In this document: piece after piece, positions 1-13,105 of the stretch
Layout: the number at the start of each line of letters is the position of its first letter
Position numbering within the stretch: position 1 is the stretch's first letter
DNA from: Tubiluchus corallicola
Taxonomy: Eukaryota > Animalia > Priapulida
Length of the DNA stretch: 37,242 bases
Direction of reading: 5' to 3'
Assembly (NCBI GenBank): GCA_030141605.1
Contig: JAQGDQ010001509.1
Coordinates: forward strand, 1-37,242
Notes under the pieces: generated by a model
What the model was told of the DNA's origin: nothing
Databases searched by the model: none
Seen by the model: only the letters and a program-made list of their open reading frames with translations
Made by a program: the position numbers and the translations under genes

Positions 1-2822
1 AAAACTGTACTGTTTTCCTTTAATGATTTTTCTTTTTACATCATTTAGAGTGAATGGGTGTAGTTGGTTTGGAGCAAATCATGTGACAGTTACAAGCACT
101 CTGATCTGCCTTGGTGTGAAAAACTGTACTGTTTTCCTTTAATGATTTTTCTTTTTACGTCATTTAGAGTGAATGGGTGCAGTTGGTTTGAGCAAATCAT
201 GTGACAGTTACAAGCACTCTGATGTGCCTTGTGTAAAAAATGTACTGTTTTCCTTTAATGATTTTCTTTTTTACGTCATTCAGAGTGAATGGGTGCAGTT
301 GGTTTGGAGCAAATCGTGTGACAGCTACAAGCACTCTGATCTGCCTTGGTGTAAAAAACTGTACTGTTTTCCTTTAATGATTTTTCTTTTTACATCATTT
401 AGAGTGAATGGTTGCAGTTGGTTTGGAGCAAATCATGTGACAGTTACAAGCACTCTGATCTGCCTTGGTGTAAAAAACTGTACTGTTTTCCTTTAATGAT
501 TTTTCTTTTTACATCATTTAGAGTGAATGGGTGCAGTTGGTTTGGAGCAAATCATGTGACAGCTACAAGCACTCTGATCTGCCTTGGTGTAAAAAACTGT
601 ACTGTTTTCCTTTAATGATTTTTCTTTTTACATCATTTAGAGTGAATGGGTGCAGTTGGTTTGGAGCAAATCATGGACAGTTACAAGCACTCTGATGCCT
701 TGGTGTAAAAATGTACTGTTTTCCTTTAATGATTTTCTTTTTACATCATTTAGAGTGAATGGGTGCAGTTGGTTTGAGCAAATCGTGTGACAGTTACAAG
801 CACTCTTGATCTGCCTTGGTGTAAAAAACTGTACTGTTTTCCTTTAATGATTTTCTTTTTTACATCATTTAGAGTGAATGGGTGCAGTTGGTTTGGAGCA
901 AATCATGTGACAGTTACAAGCACTCTGATGTGCCTTGGTGTAAAAAACTGTACTGTTTTCCTTTAATGATTTTTCTTTTTACATCATTTAGAGTGAATGG
1001 GTGCAGTTGGTTTGGAGCAAATCATGTGACAGTTACAAGCACTCTGATGTGCCTTGGTGTAAAAAACTGTACTGTTTTCCTTTAATGATTTTTCTTTTTA
1101 CATCATTTAGAGTGAATGGGTGCAGTTGGTTTGGAGCAAATCATGTGACAGTTACAAGCACTCTGATGTGCCTTGGTGTAAAAAACTGTACTGTTTTCCT
1201 TTAATGATTTTCTTTTTTACATCATTTAGAGTGAATGGGTGCAGTTGGTTTGGAGCAAATCATGTGACAGTTACAAGCTCTCTGATCTGCCTTGGTGTGA
1301 AAAACTGTACTGTTTTCCTTTAATGATTTTTCTTTTTACGTCATTTAGAGTGAATGGGTGCAGTTGGTTTGGAGCAAATCATGTGACAGTTACAAGCACT
1401 CTGATGTGCCTTGGTGTAAAAAACTGTACTGTTTTCCTTTAATGATTTTCTTTTTTACGTCATTCAGAGTGAATGGGTGCAGTTGGTTTGGAGCAAATCG
1501 TGTGACAGCTACAAGCACTCTGATCTGCCTTGGTGTAAAAAACTGTACTGTTTTCCTTTAATGATTTTTCTTTTTACATCATTTAGAGTGAATGGTTGCA
1601 GTTGGTTTGGAGCAAATCATGTGACAGTTACAAGCACTCTGATCTGCCTTGGTGTAAAAAACTGTACTGTTTTCCTTTAATGATTTTTCTTTTTACATCA
1701 TTTAGAGTGAATGGGTGCAGTTGGTTTGGAGCAAATCATGTGACAGTTACAAGCACTCTGATCTGCCTTGGTGTGAAAAACTGTACTGTTTTCCTTTAAT
1801 GATTTTTCTTTTTACGTCATTTAGAGTGAATGGGTGCAGTTGGTTTGGAGCAAATCATGTGACAGTTACAAGCACTCTGATGTGCCTTGGTGTAAAAAAC
1901 TGTACTGTTTTCCTTTAATGATTTTCTTTTTTACGTCATTCAGAGTGAATGGGTGCAGTTGGTTTGGAGCAAATCGTGTGACAGCTACAAGCACTCTGAT
2001 CTGCCTTGGTGTAAAAAACTGTACTGTTTTCCTTTAATGATTTTTCTTTTTACATTTAGAGTGATTGGTTGCAGTTGGTTTGGAGCAAATCATGTGACAG
2101 TTACAAGCACTCTGATCTGCCTTGGTGTAAAAAACTGTACTGTTTTCCTTTAATGATTTTTCTTTTTACATCATTTAGAGTGAATGGGTGCAGGTGGTTT
2201 GGAGCAAATGATGTGACAGCTACAAGCAGTCTGATGTGCCTTGGTGTAAAAAACTGTACTGTTTTCCTTTAATGATTTTTCTTTTTACATCGTTTAGAGT
2301 GAATGGGTGCAGTTGGTTTGGAGCAAATCATGTGACAGTTACAAGCACTCTGATCTGCCTTGGTGTAAAAAACTGTACTGTTTTCCTTTAATGATTTCCT
2401 TTTTACATCATTTAGAGTGAATGGGTGCAGTTGGTTTGGAGCAAATCGTGTGACAGTTACAAGCACTTTGATGTGCCTTGGTGTAAAAAACTGTACTGTT
2501 TTCCTTTAATGATTTTTCTTTTTACATCATTTAGAGTGAATGGGTGCAGTTGGTTTGGAGCAAATCGTGTGACAGTTACAAGCACTTTGATGTGCCTTGG
2601 TGTAAAAAACTGTACTGTTTTCCTTTAATGATTTTTCTTTTTACATCATTTAGAGTGAATGGGTGCAGGTGGTTTGGAGCAAATGATGTGACAGCTACAA
2701 GCAGTCTGATGTGCCTTGGTGTAAAAAACTGTACTGTTTTCCTTTAATGATTTTTCTTTTTACATCGTTTAGAGTGAATGGGTGCAGTTGGTTTGGAGCA
2801 AATCATGTGACAGCTACAAGCA
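1..2822. repeat. 119-bp tandem array, ~24 copies, truncated by the window start
   Basis: Unit ctctgat(c/g)tgccttggtgtaaaaaactgtactgttttcctttaatgatttttctttttacatcatttagagtgaatgggtgcagttggtttggagcaaatcatgtgacagttacaagca. Near-identical 67-aa ORFs recur every 119 nt (882, 1001, 1120...). Confidence 0.97.
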
Positions 2823-2895
2823 ATCAGCAGATGAAATGAGGGAAGTGATTCACACGAAACTGAAATATATCAGTCTTTTAAAGCCTTTGAGCTGA
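2773..2895 (+). CDS. Possible terminal coding exon of an unidentified upstream gene (SEWVQLVWSKSCDSYKQSADEMREVIHTKLKYISLLKPLS*)
   Basis: Polypyrimidine tract plus AG (tttttctttttacatcgtttag) ends at 2772. The phase-0 frame runs out of the last repeat unit into unique sequence for 40 codons to TGA. No homology recognised. Confidence 0.35.
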   Translation, partial: SEWVQLVWSKSCDSYKQSADEMREVIHTKLKYISLLKPLS

Positions 2896-3205
2896 AATTA
2901 CAAAGTCTACATTATCAAGTTTTTATAAGAATTTTGTGATTGTGCTGTGTCATGAATTTCTACTTGTACAAAACAGTTTTGTAAATTTGTAATGTGTCTC
3001 AGTATTTATCACTGTGGTACGTAGGGGTTGAGTAATTAGAAAACTGATGTCAGTGTTTTCGTTAAACTGTCTACTGTGACAGTAAGCAACAATAATATAA
3101 TCAGAGATTTCTTGTAGTTTATTGTAGAAAGTGCTGACTTTACTGCATAAAATGTTATTTACTGTAAACCGTAAAATTAGCTCATGCTGGTAGCCTTGAT
3201 GATAG

Positions 3206-6200
3206 TGTTAGTAATCAGCCGATGTAAGCCAGGTGGGGTCAGACAGCACTCGTGTTAGTAATCAGCTGATGTAAGCCAGGTGGGGTCAGACAGCACTCGT
3301 GTTAGTAATCAGCTGATGTAAGCCAGGTGGGGTCAGACAGCACTCATGTTAGTAATCAGCTGATGTAAGCCAGGTGGGGTCAGACATCATGTTAGTAATC
3401 AGCTGATGTAAGTCAGGTGGGGTCAGACAGCACTCATGTTAGTAATGAGCTGATGTAAGCCAGGTGAGGTCAGACAGCACTCATGTTAGTAATCAGCTGA
3501 TATAAGCCAGGTGGGGTCAGACAGCACTAGTGTTAGTAATCAGCTGATGTAAGCCAGGTGGGGTCAGACAGCATTCATGTTAGTAATGAGCTGATGTAAG
3601 CCAGGTGAGGTCAGACAGCACTCATGTTAGTAATCAGCTGATGTAAGCCAGGTGGGGTCAGACAGCACTCGTGTTAGTAATCAGCTGATGTAAGCCAGGT
3701 GGGATCAGACAGCACTCGTGTTAGTAATCAGCTGATGTAAGGCAGGTGGGGTCAGACAACACTCATGTTAGTAATCAGCTGATGTAAGCCAGGTGGGGTC
3801 AGACAGCACTCATGTTAGTAATCAGCTGATGTAAGCCAGGTGGAGTCAGACAGCACTCATGTTAGTAATCAGCTGATGTAAGCCAGGTGGGGTCAGACAG
3901 CACTCATGTTAGTAATCAGCTGATGTAAACCAGGTGGGGTCAGACAGCACTCGTGTTAGTAATCAGCCGATGTAAGCCAGGTGGGGTCAGACAGCACTCA
4001 TGTTAGTAATCAGCTGATGTAAGCCAGGTGGGGTCAGACAGCACTAGTGTTAGTAATCAGCTGATGTAAGCCAGGTGGGGTCAGACAGCATTCATGTTAG
4101 TAATGAGCTGATGTAAGCCAGGTGAGGTCAGACAGCACTCATGTTAGTAATCAGCTGATGTAAGCCAGGTGGGGTCAGACAGCACTAGTGTTAGTAATCA
4201 GCTGATGTAAGCCAGGTGAGGTCAGACAGCACTCATGTTAGTAATCAGCTGATGTAAGCCAGGTGGGGTCAGACAGCACTCGTGTTAGTAATCAGCTGAT
4301 GTAAGCCAGGTGGGATCAGACAGCACTCGTGTTAGTAATCAGCTGATGTAAGGCAGGTGGGGTCAGACAACACTCATGTTAGTAATCAGCTGATGTAAGC
4401 CAGGTGGGGTCAGACAGCACTCATGTTAGTAATCAGCTGATGTAAGCCAGGTGGAGTCAGACAGCACTCATGTTAGTAATCAGCTGATGTAAGCCAGGTA
4501 GGGTCAGACAGCACTCATGTTAGTAATCAGCTGATGTAAGCCAGGTGGGGTCAGACATCATGTTAGTAATCAGCTGATGTAAGCCAGGTGGGGTCAGACA
4601 GCACTCATGTTAGTAATCAGCTGATGTAAGCCAGGTGGAGTCAGACAGCACTCATGTTAGTAATCAGCTGATGTAAGCCAGGTAGGGTCAGACAGCACTC
4701 ATGTTAGTAATCAGCTGATGTAAGCCAGGTGGGGTCAGACAACACTCATGTTAGTAATCAGCTGATGTAAGCCAGGTGGAGTCAGACAGCACTCATGTTA
4801 GTAATCAGCTGATGTAAGCCAGGTAGGGTCAGACAGCACTCATGTTAGTAATCAGCTGATGTAAACCAGGTGGGGTCAGACAGCACTCCTGTTAGTAATC
4901 AGCTGATGTAAGCCAGGTGGGGTCAGACAGCATTCATGTTAGTAATCAGCTGATGTAAGCCAGGTGGGGTCAGACAACACTCATGTTAGTAATCAGCTGA
5001 TGTAAGCCAGGTGGGGTCAGACAGCACTCCTGTTAGTAATCAGCTGATGTAAACCAGGTAGGGTCAGACAGCATTCATGTTAGTAATCAGCTGATGTAAG
5101 CCAGGTGGGGTCAGACAGCACTCATGTTAGTAATCAGCTGATGTAAGCCAGGTGGGGTCAGACAGCATTCATGTTAGTAATCAGCTGATGTAAGCCAGGT
5201 GGGGTCAGGCAGCATTCATGTTAGTAATCAGCTGATGTAAACCAGGTGGGGTCAGACAGCACCCATGTTAGTAATCAGCTGATGTAAACCAGGTGGTGTC
5301 AGACAGCACTCATGTTAGTAATCAGCTGATGTAAACCAGGTGGGGTCAGACAGCATTCATGTTAGTAATCAGCTGATGTAAGCCAGGTGGGGTCAGACAG
5401 CACCCATGTTAGTAATCAGCTGATGTAAACCAGGTGGGGTCAGACAGCACTCATGTTAGTAATGAGCTGATGTAAGCCAGGTGGGGTCAGACAGCACTAG
5501 TGTTAGTAATGAGCTGATGTAAGCCAGGTGGGGTCAGACAGCACTCATGTTAGTAATGAGCTGATGTAAGCCAGGTGGGGTCAGACATCATGTTAGTAAT
5601 CAGCTGATGTAAGCCAGGTGAGGTCAGACAGCATTCATGTTAGTAATCAGCTGATGTAAGACAGGTGGGGTCAGACATCATGTTAGTAATCAGCTGATGT
5701 AAGCCAGGTGGGATCAGACAGCACTCATGTTAGTAATCAGCTGATGTACGCCAGGTGGGGTCAGACATCATGTTAGTAATCAGCTGATGTAAGCCAGGTG
5801 GGGTCAGACATCATGTTAGTAATCAGCTGATGTAAACCAGGTGGGGTCAGACAGCACTCATGTTAGTAATCAGCTGATGTAAGCCAGGTAGGGTCAGACA
5901 TCATGTTAGTAATGAGCTGATGTAAACCAGGTGGGGTCAGGCAGCATTCATGTTAGTAATCAGCTGATGTAAGCCAGGTGGGGTCAGACATCATGTTAGT
6001 AATCAGCTGATGTAAGCCAGGTGGGGTCAGACAGCATTCATGTTAGTAATCAGCTGATGTAAGCCAGGTAGGGTCAGACAGCATTCATGTTAGTAATCAG
6101 CTGATGTAAGCCAGGTAGGGTCAGGCAGCATTCATGTTAGTAATCAGCTGATGTAAGCCAGGTAGGGTCAGACAGCATTCATGGTAGTAATCAGCTGATG

Positions 6201-6395
6201 TAAGCCAGGTGGGGTCAGACAGCACTCATGTTAGTAATCAGCTGATGTAAACCAGGTGAGGTCAGACAGCATTCATGTTAGTAATCAGCTGATGTAAACC
6301 AGGTGAGGTCAGACAGCATTCATGTTAGTAATCAGCTGATGTAAACCAGGTGAGGTCAGACAGCATTCATGTTAGTAATCAGCTGATGTAAACCA
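3206..6395. repeat. 47-bp tandem array, ~68 copies, with interspersed 43-bp deletion variants
   Basis: Unit tgttagtaatcagctgatgtaagccaggtggggtcagacagcactca; period 47 (3253, 3300). Variant units read cagacatcatg. Confidence 0.97.
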
Positions 6396-7142
6396 CCTCC
6401 TACGTTTGTCGCTTACTGTGAAGTGTTCAATGGGCTGTATGATTCGGTGATCAAATGTCAAAATCGTAATTGTAAATGGAAATTGTCATTATTCGGCTTG
6501 GAGATGGTGCTCTCTTGGTCCACGGCTCTTTGCCGTTACATTTGCATAATTTAGTAATGTAGTTGCTATGCAGCACAGAAGATGACAGCCGAGCTGACTC
6601 TGCTGTTGTCATGGTAACCTGCTGTATTAGTGGAGCACTACTCTTTTGCCAATGAAATAAAGCTATAAGTTTCTCTCAATTTAGCAATCTTTATAAACCT
6701 GCATAATTCAGTTGAAATATCCCATAACTTCTAGGCTTTAAACCTCATTTCACAAAAACTTGGGCTACACGGTTTTCCGGTTTACAGTATTTCACTTTAG
6801 GGTCACTTCACAATTTCCACTAACAAAAACAAATCTCTTTTGTCATCTTTTTGTATTTTTTCATATTATTTCAAAAAAAAATTCATGTTTACAACAATTC
6901 ATACGACTGGTCTCTTTTGTGAGGTTGTGCAGCACTTTATTGGTTGTTTGAAGTCCAGCATCCACATTTTAGTAGCATATGAATGCGCAAAAGCATAACT
7001 GGCTCAAGTTGTTAGCAAAAACGTAAAGAGTTGTGTGTGTAACATTGTGAATCAGTAACATTGTGTGTAACAGTAAATCACTGTGAATTAACGTGTTGCA
7101 TGAAAGACATTTTTGTTTGTGATTTTATTCATACATGTACGT

Positions 7143-7613
7143 CAGGGGTGTGCAAACTGCGGCCCGAGGGCCACTTGCGGGGCCCCCCGAGAGATCTTGT
7201 GCGCACCACGAAAAGGTTTGTCAACGTAATGAAAGTGCGGCCCGCGAAGAGGTTTGTCAACGTAATGAAAGTGCGGCCCACGCGATCCAGTTGAAGTCTG
7301 CGCCAGTATCACATAGATAGTGCGGGTGGTTTTTTTCCTCTAGATCGGATGGCATTAACTCTTACAAGACCGTTGTCACTTAATGTCACTGTCGGACATG
7401 ACGAAACATGGTTTTTAATGTAAATTTCAATAACTTCTAAAATAGTTTCTTGAGTGTAGTAGTGCAGTAGTAATGATGTGCGCAAATCGGATGCAAAAAT
7501 AATCGTTATTAGGTCCTACTGTACTTGGCTCCTTGAGCAAATTGCATGTGGCCCACAGGAATTGCGGGAAAGTTTAATGTGGCCCGGCTAGTCAGATAAT
7601 TTGCATACCCCTG
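7143..7613. mobile_element. hAT-like MITE, copy 1
   Basis: TIRs caggggtgtgcaaa / tttgcatacccctg, subterminal ggcc motifs, internal ~36-bp duplication. Homologous in inverted orientation to 10427-10899. Flanks atgtacgt / ttgaaggt are at best a degenerate 8-bp TSD. Confidence 0.85.
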
Positions 7614-9604
7614 TTGAAGGTTAAATTGTTCTCAAGAGAAAATCTAGTACAGTGGTCATACAAAAAGCATAATTTGATTAGATGCAATCGTTATTGCTAT
7701 TGTTTTTCAACTTCTACTTTCATATAATATTAAAATCTGCCAATTTTGACATTACAAAGTTAACACTTAAGTACGTAATGAAATCGGGTTAAACATTGTT
7801 AAACTTCGTTTTGACTGCAATTGCTCATAGTTGTTTATAAAACAGTTGTCTGACCCAGGATGTACTCAGCTCACTCAACTTTGCCATTCTTTTTACTCTC
7901 AGTTTTTGTAAATGATCTGGGAATGTGGTTGCAATGAGTTGTCAATGTGTTTTGAATTTTGATATAATAAAACTTCATATAAAGATGCAACAGCTTGTAA
8001 AGCTTCTTGTTTTCAATAGACTAACAATATCGTGCATAATACAATCACTGCTAGTCCGCGACATGCGCTAAATACAAGTCCAACAGTCTTTTAGATGTAA
8101 TTTATGATTTTTTATTTTCCAAAATGGGCAATCATCGTCTCATCCCAAAATCACTATCACATCATGACATATTTGACTGACTGACTGACTGACATATTAT
8201 GTGTGACTCGACTTCGTTTTATCTGAAGCAAATAAAAACATTTTCTGCAAAACAAATGTCAGAAAGATAATTAACTGCTATAATGAAAATGTATAATAAT
8301 ATTATGAAACATGAAGAAATCAAACTTACATCTTTGCCGCGTCTTACTAACTTGCTAAAGAGAACTCGACTGACAAAATTTTGTTATAAAACGACACGAC
8401 GTACTGAACAAGAATAACTTCTTTCCTATCCTGTCTGCAAAATGAGGCCAATGGCCTATCTCTTGCCCTATCAACAGCTTAAATTTGCAAAAAACGAACA
8501 CAAAGAGGCACCACATGCTTATATCCAAAACAATGCTGCTAATTTTTTGTCGGGGAATGTTGAAATTGTAGTGTAAGCAGATTGTATGACGAAGTAGAAA
8601 TACATAGAAGTAAATCGTGTCTTGAGATGTGCTGAGTTGTCTTAGTTTATTAGCTTAGTTTATTTTATTCCATTTGCTATAACAATATAATGTGTAATAT
8701 GGTGAAAATACCAAATTAAAAGAAACAAGCATGTAAATAATGAAATTTATTAATGGATCATTGGGGCTGTCCAAAAAGAAAACTTGTAAAAGTCAGGCCC
8801 AATATGACAAATATAAAGAAAAGTGTAGGTGCAAGAATAAAAGGTAGGTAATGGGAAGAAAAGGAGTATGAAAAGTGAAAGGATACGATAACTGTAATAT
8901 GAAAGTGAGAAAAGAAAAAATAAACAGGTAAAAAGTAGGTTCACATGAGCTAAGAATGTACTAAAAGTAAATAAATTTATTTATTTATACATTGTAACTT
9001 TTCTTAATTTGAATTGCTTAAATAAAGATGCACAACCAAAAATTTCCAGTATGATACATTTGCATTATTTTTACTAAATCTTGACTTAGAATATTTAGAA
9101 TCGACTAATTACATCTGAATCGTTTATTTGCCTTCCAAAAATCAGATTGTAATATGCACATAATTTACAAATGGCGCGAAAACTAAAATCCATCTAACTA
9201 CCGTTTCAGTATTCTTCTTACTTACATACTTATGTTGTGATTTTGTTGTCGTCAGGGATCGTTATTCACATCGGATAAAAAAAAACCCATTAGCAACAAC
9301 TGTTCCGATCCCCGGGGAAGAAGAAAGCAGTGGATAACCTTCAATTATTAGAAAGTTTTTTGTGCTGTCGCACATTCATCATAATAAGTAAGTAACAAGT
9401 AAGGTAATAGTAATTTAATTTGTGGTACTACAGTAGAAAGGCACTTATCGGGGTTATTGTGTAAATAAACCGCAGTGAACTAAATTGGAACACTGCTGGC
9501 GCGTTTTGACGTAAATAACGTCACGATTGACCAGGTGCAAAATGGATGCCAGAGATTGTGAAAGCTGAAAAAGGCTGCACATATCAAATAGCAGTGCTCT
9601 CAAA

Positions 9605-9973
9605 ATGCCACAAACCAAGCATTCAAGTGAAGGGGCAAACGCGTTCAAAAACGATGGTAGTTTTCTGGAACTTTTTCGAAAGAAAATGGAACGGGAACAG
9701 CAACAACTTGAGACTGCCAAGAGTGATGTTATTGTTAGTGCAACTAACAGTAGTACTTTACATTCCTCGAATAACGCATTTAATAGCGTCCATAATGACG
9801 AAAAAGAAACACTCTCTCAGACTTCGTGTAATGTGACTTCCTCGTATAGTAGTACCAGTGAAAAAACAAAAACGCTCGTTTGTACTTCAAGTGGTGTGCC
9901 TACATCTAGTATGTCATCATCGGATGCCATCGGCACTTCATCTCAAACAAAAAAAGCCAGCTTGTTATCGTTT
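9605..9973 (+). CDS. TRIR: TRIR (C19orf43, telomerase RNA component interacting RNase) exon 1
   Basis: ATG at 9605. NAFKNDGSFLELFRKKME resembles the human motif NLFANDGSFLELFKRKME. Ends LLSF|gtaag (phase 0, 123 codons). Confidence 0.92.
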
Positions 9974-10426
9974 GTAAGCCTTAATACATAGTAGTTTGTG
10001 TTCATGTAACTTTCTTTTATTTTTTGGTTGGTTTAACTGTCAAAATGAGTCTAGATTTTGAGAACTAATTTATGTTCACAGATAAGATTAAAGTACCTTG
10101 ACAAAGTTTTGTAACTTAGTATAATTTTCATGTAGGTCAAAGCTAAAGTGAGTAAAAGTACTTTATTTAGTGAATAACAGACCCGCCAATGACTTGATGT
10201 AAAAAATGAGTGTGAAATGTAGAAAGCATCGGCTATGGTCCATAAAGCAAATTGATGCCTCAGAAATTTTTGCATTTTTGGGTGACCCAATCAAAATAAG
10301 TCTACACAGTAATCATTATCAAGCGCTATTGGAAAATTTCATTGTTGTCTTGTTACCAATGAAAAAAAATCTACGAAGTTGTAACAAATATTATTTTTAA
10401 GTTGTTAGCAATATAAGCCTCTAGAC

Positions 10427-10899
10427 CAGGGGTGTGCAAATTATCTGACTAGCCGGGCCACATTAAACTTTCCCGCAATTCCTGTGGGCCACATGCAGTT
10501 TGGTCAAGGAGCCAAGTACAGTAGAACCTAATAACGATTTTTTTTACATCCAATTTGCGCACATCATTACTACTGCACTACTACACTCAAGAAACTATTT
10601 TAGAAGTTATTAAAATTTACATTACAAATCATATATTTCTACTTTCACGACAGATTGTGGTAATTTCATTACAATGCATATTAGTAATGTGTATCACACA
10701 GTCTATGTAGTACAGTGACATTAAGCTACAACGGTCTTGTAAGGGTTAATACCATCCGATCTAGTAGAAAAAAGCTACCCACACTATCTTTGCGATACTG
10801 GCGCAGACTTCAATTGGATCACTTGGGTCGCACTTCCAGGACAAACCTCTTCACGGGCCGCACAAGATCTCTCGGCGGGCCGCATTTTGCACACCCCTG
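10427..10899. mobile_element. hAT-like MITE, copy 2 (TRIR intron 1), inverted relative to copy 1
   Basis: Perfect 14-bp TIRs caggggtgtgcaaa / tttgcacacccctg. Flanks ctctagac / (c)ccctagac approximate an 8-bp nnnTAnnn TSD typical of Buster/Charlie-type hATs. Confidence 0.87.
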
Positions 10900-11051
10900 C
10901 CCCTAGACTTTCACTAACCATTCGGTCAAAGCAGCCCGTGTTAATTCAAATTTGTTACGAATTGTGGAATGTTTTTGCTCATTACAGCTTCCTGATGCTG
11001 GGTAAAAGTTTTGGCCTCGAGGATTATATGTGTTAGTTGATTTGTTGCCAG

Positions 11052-11129
11052 GTGGGTAAGCGTCGAGGGAGCAAACCAACTCTCAAAACAGGCGTGGTGA
11101 AGAAGAGGAAGACAGAAGGCGGCGAAGAG
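11052..11129 (+). CDS. TRIR: TRIR exon 2
   Basis: ttgttgccag|GTG...GAG|gtaag. Encodes VGKRRGSKPTLKTGVVKKRKTEGGEE (human VGKRRGGNKLALKTGIVAKKQKTE). Phase 0 at both ends. Confidence 0.93.
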
Positions 11130-12483
11130 GTAAGAGGTAACTGAGGTAACCACACCGTCGTCGCTGCTGGATACGACCTGCACGTTTTAACAATTCCGTA
11201 CAAGTACCTTAATGTGTTAGTGATAGAAGAGAATTTCATTTCCTGTAAGACGTACTTGCATATTTTCCATGTGTCAGTTGTATATTATTAGCTAATGCAA
11301 TAGGAATGATTGTAAAAAGAATTAGTTTTTTTGGTTCCGAAGTTATATCGTTCATTTTAGTTGCTGAGAATTGCATTTTTACCTGTCAAAGCAGGCAGGG
11401 TGCTAAAAACATAATAAGATAACGTTGTTATACGTTCAAAAATACTTGTGGTAAGTGCAGTAACTGAAGCTACTGTGGTACTTGCAGGCATATAGTAGGT
11501 ACTTGCCAGGAATTTTTTACCTTTACCATTGAAAAGTTATTTGCCCCACAACGTACATTTACATGTTTTGTTCAGTTTGTTGTGACTGTGGGTTGGCTTT
11601 GTGGAGTAAAATTCCTGGTGAATCGATTTCACTCGACGAATTGACATAAAAATTTCGATAGGGTGATGATTCTAAGTCAATACAGCTAGTCGCCTTGCAA
11701 GCCAATTTTTATATTTTTTTATAAAAGGATATTCGAGCAGGTTAAAGCATAACTGATGGAAACCTCTAGCGTATTTCATTTGCTCATTGTTGTTGGTAGA
11801 GTAACAAAGGTATTTCATAACTTGCTGATATCTATTCGTAGCGAAGCGGAAGAAAACACTTTTCATAAACAAAACCTTAAAAAATTCATATTGAAATTTT
11901 ATATCACTTACATGCTATCAAATTGCGTACAGAGTTTGTGTCGGGTCTGTGTTACATAGTCCATAAGGCATAAGCCATGAGGAGCAAAAGCCGTTTCATG
12001 AAAAACGAACACGTTAACCAGTGATCCCTGTCACATGAATAATCCATTTTCTATCTTCCACTTGTTTGCCTACCGTAAGCCGTCAACCATAATCCACGGT
12101 AGCCTCCTCACCAACCGTTTTGAGTGGTTCATAAGGCGACTTAACGCAAAATGAATTCGGTCGTTAATTTCTTTTGCCAAATAAGGCATTTTGGGTCATC
12201 GCTATTGTGGTAAGTAGCAAGATTGTGATTTTTTTGCAATACGCAGTTCATTTGTATCGTAAAAATTCCTAACAGCGCGGTCTCATAAACATTAAAAAGC
12301 AATTTCTTAAGCACGACATTTCACTAATGTTACAATTAGATACATGCACCGGTGAAACAGATTATGGCAAAATTCCTTACTGTTTACACAGAGTAAGGAG
12401 CACACCGTGGGTTGTGACATGCGCCCTATGGAAGTTGAAAGACACGTTACAGATTATAACTTCTAAAATTGAACTGTCGCAAC

Positions 12484-12847
12484 TGTTGTGTTTTGTTTCT
12501 CTCGGAAGGCTCGTAGAGAAAACCAGAAAAAACGCCGTCAAAATTAAACTAGTTTATTAAGCGAGAATTCTACAACACAAAAGTATGAAGGAACGAGAAA
12601 TGATTACACTAAACGTGAAAATCTGGAAAACATTTAAGTGTATCTGAAAATGTAAGTATTACGTCCGTGAGATCTGCGTGTGTCCTGTGTGCCCCCGTGT
12701 CAGCGTCCTGCTTCGCCTTATATAGTGCGCTGTAGAAACTTCCAGAAGTAATGTTCCAGAACATTCCAGACGGTAAGGCAGTCATTCCGACGGAACATTC
12801 TACGATGTTCTATGTAATTCTAATTGATGCCAGCGATCTCCACAACA
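12484..12847 (-). mobile_element. Solo LTR in TRIR intron 2, same family as 24512-24876
   Basis: tgttgt...acaaca termini, TATA box tatataagg on the minus strand, clear homology to 24512-24876. TSD degenerate (gcaac/gcact). Confidence 0.8.
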
Positions 12848-13105
12848 GCACTGACTGGTAGATGTAGCCATTTTAGCGGCAAGTCTTTGAAACGCATTTT
12901 GACGTCATTGCGTAAAGTTTGAAGAAAATTCGTAGTTCAATTCGTGTTTTTGGTGAATCGGTGGTGCATACTGGGATGACGATGCAGTGCTGTTTTACCA
13001 AGGGACGCAAATGTTTTAATTTATTAATAATTTTCTTTTCCAATTACGTCAGTCTTTCAAGCAAGTCAGCGTAAAATAACTAATATAATATATCTGGTAA
13101 AATGA

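Noticed and set aside
173-2747. Series of near-identical 67-aa Cys-rich ORFs resembling a peptide gene cluster
   Set aside because: They overlap with a 119-nt period, start at GTG/TTG, and are read-throughs of the tandem repeat.
3206-6395. CRISPR-like appearance of this and the other regular arrays
   Set aside because: Units are head-to-tail with no unique spacers, there are no cas genes, and the context is eukaryotic.
9546-9836. Overlapping 96-aa and antisense 88-aa ORFs at TRIR exon 1
   Set aside because: Shadow frames; the conserved TRIR motif is in the 9605 frame.
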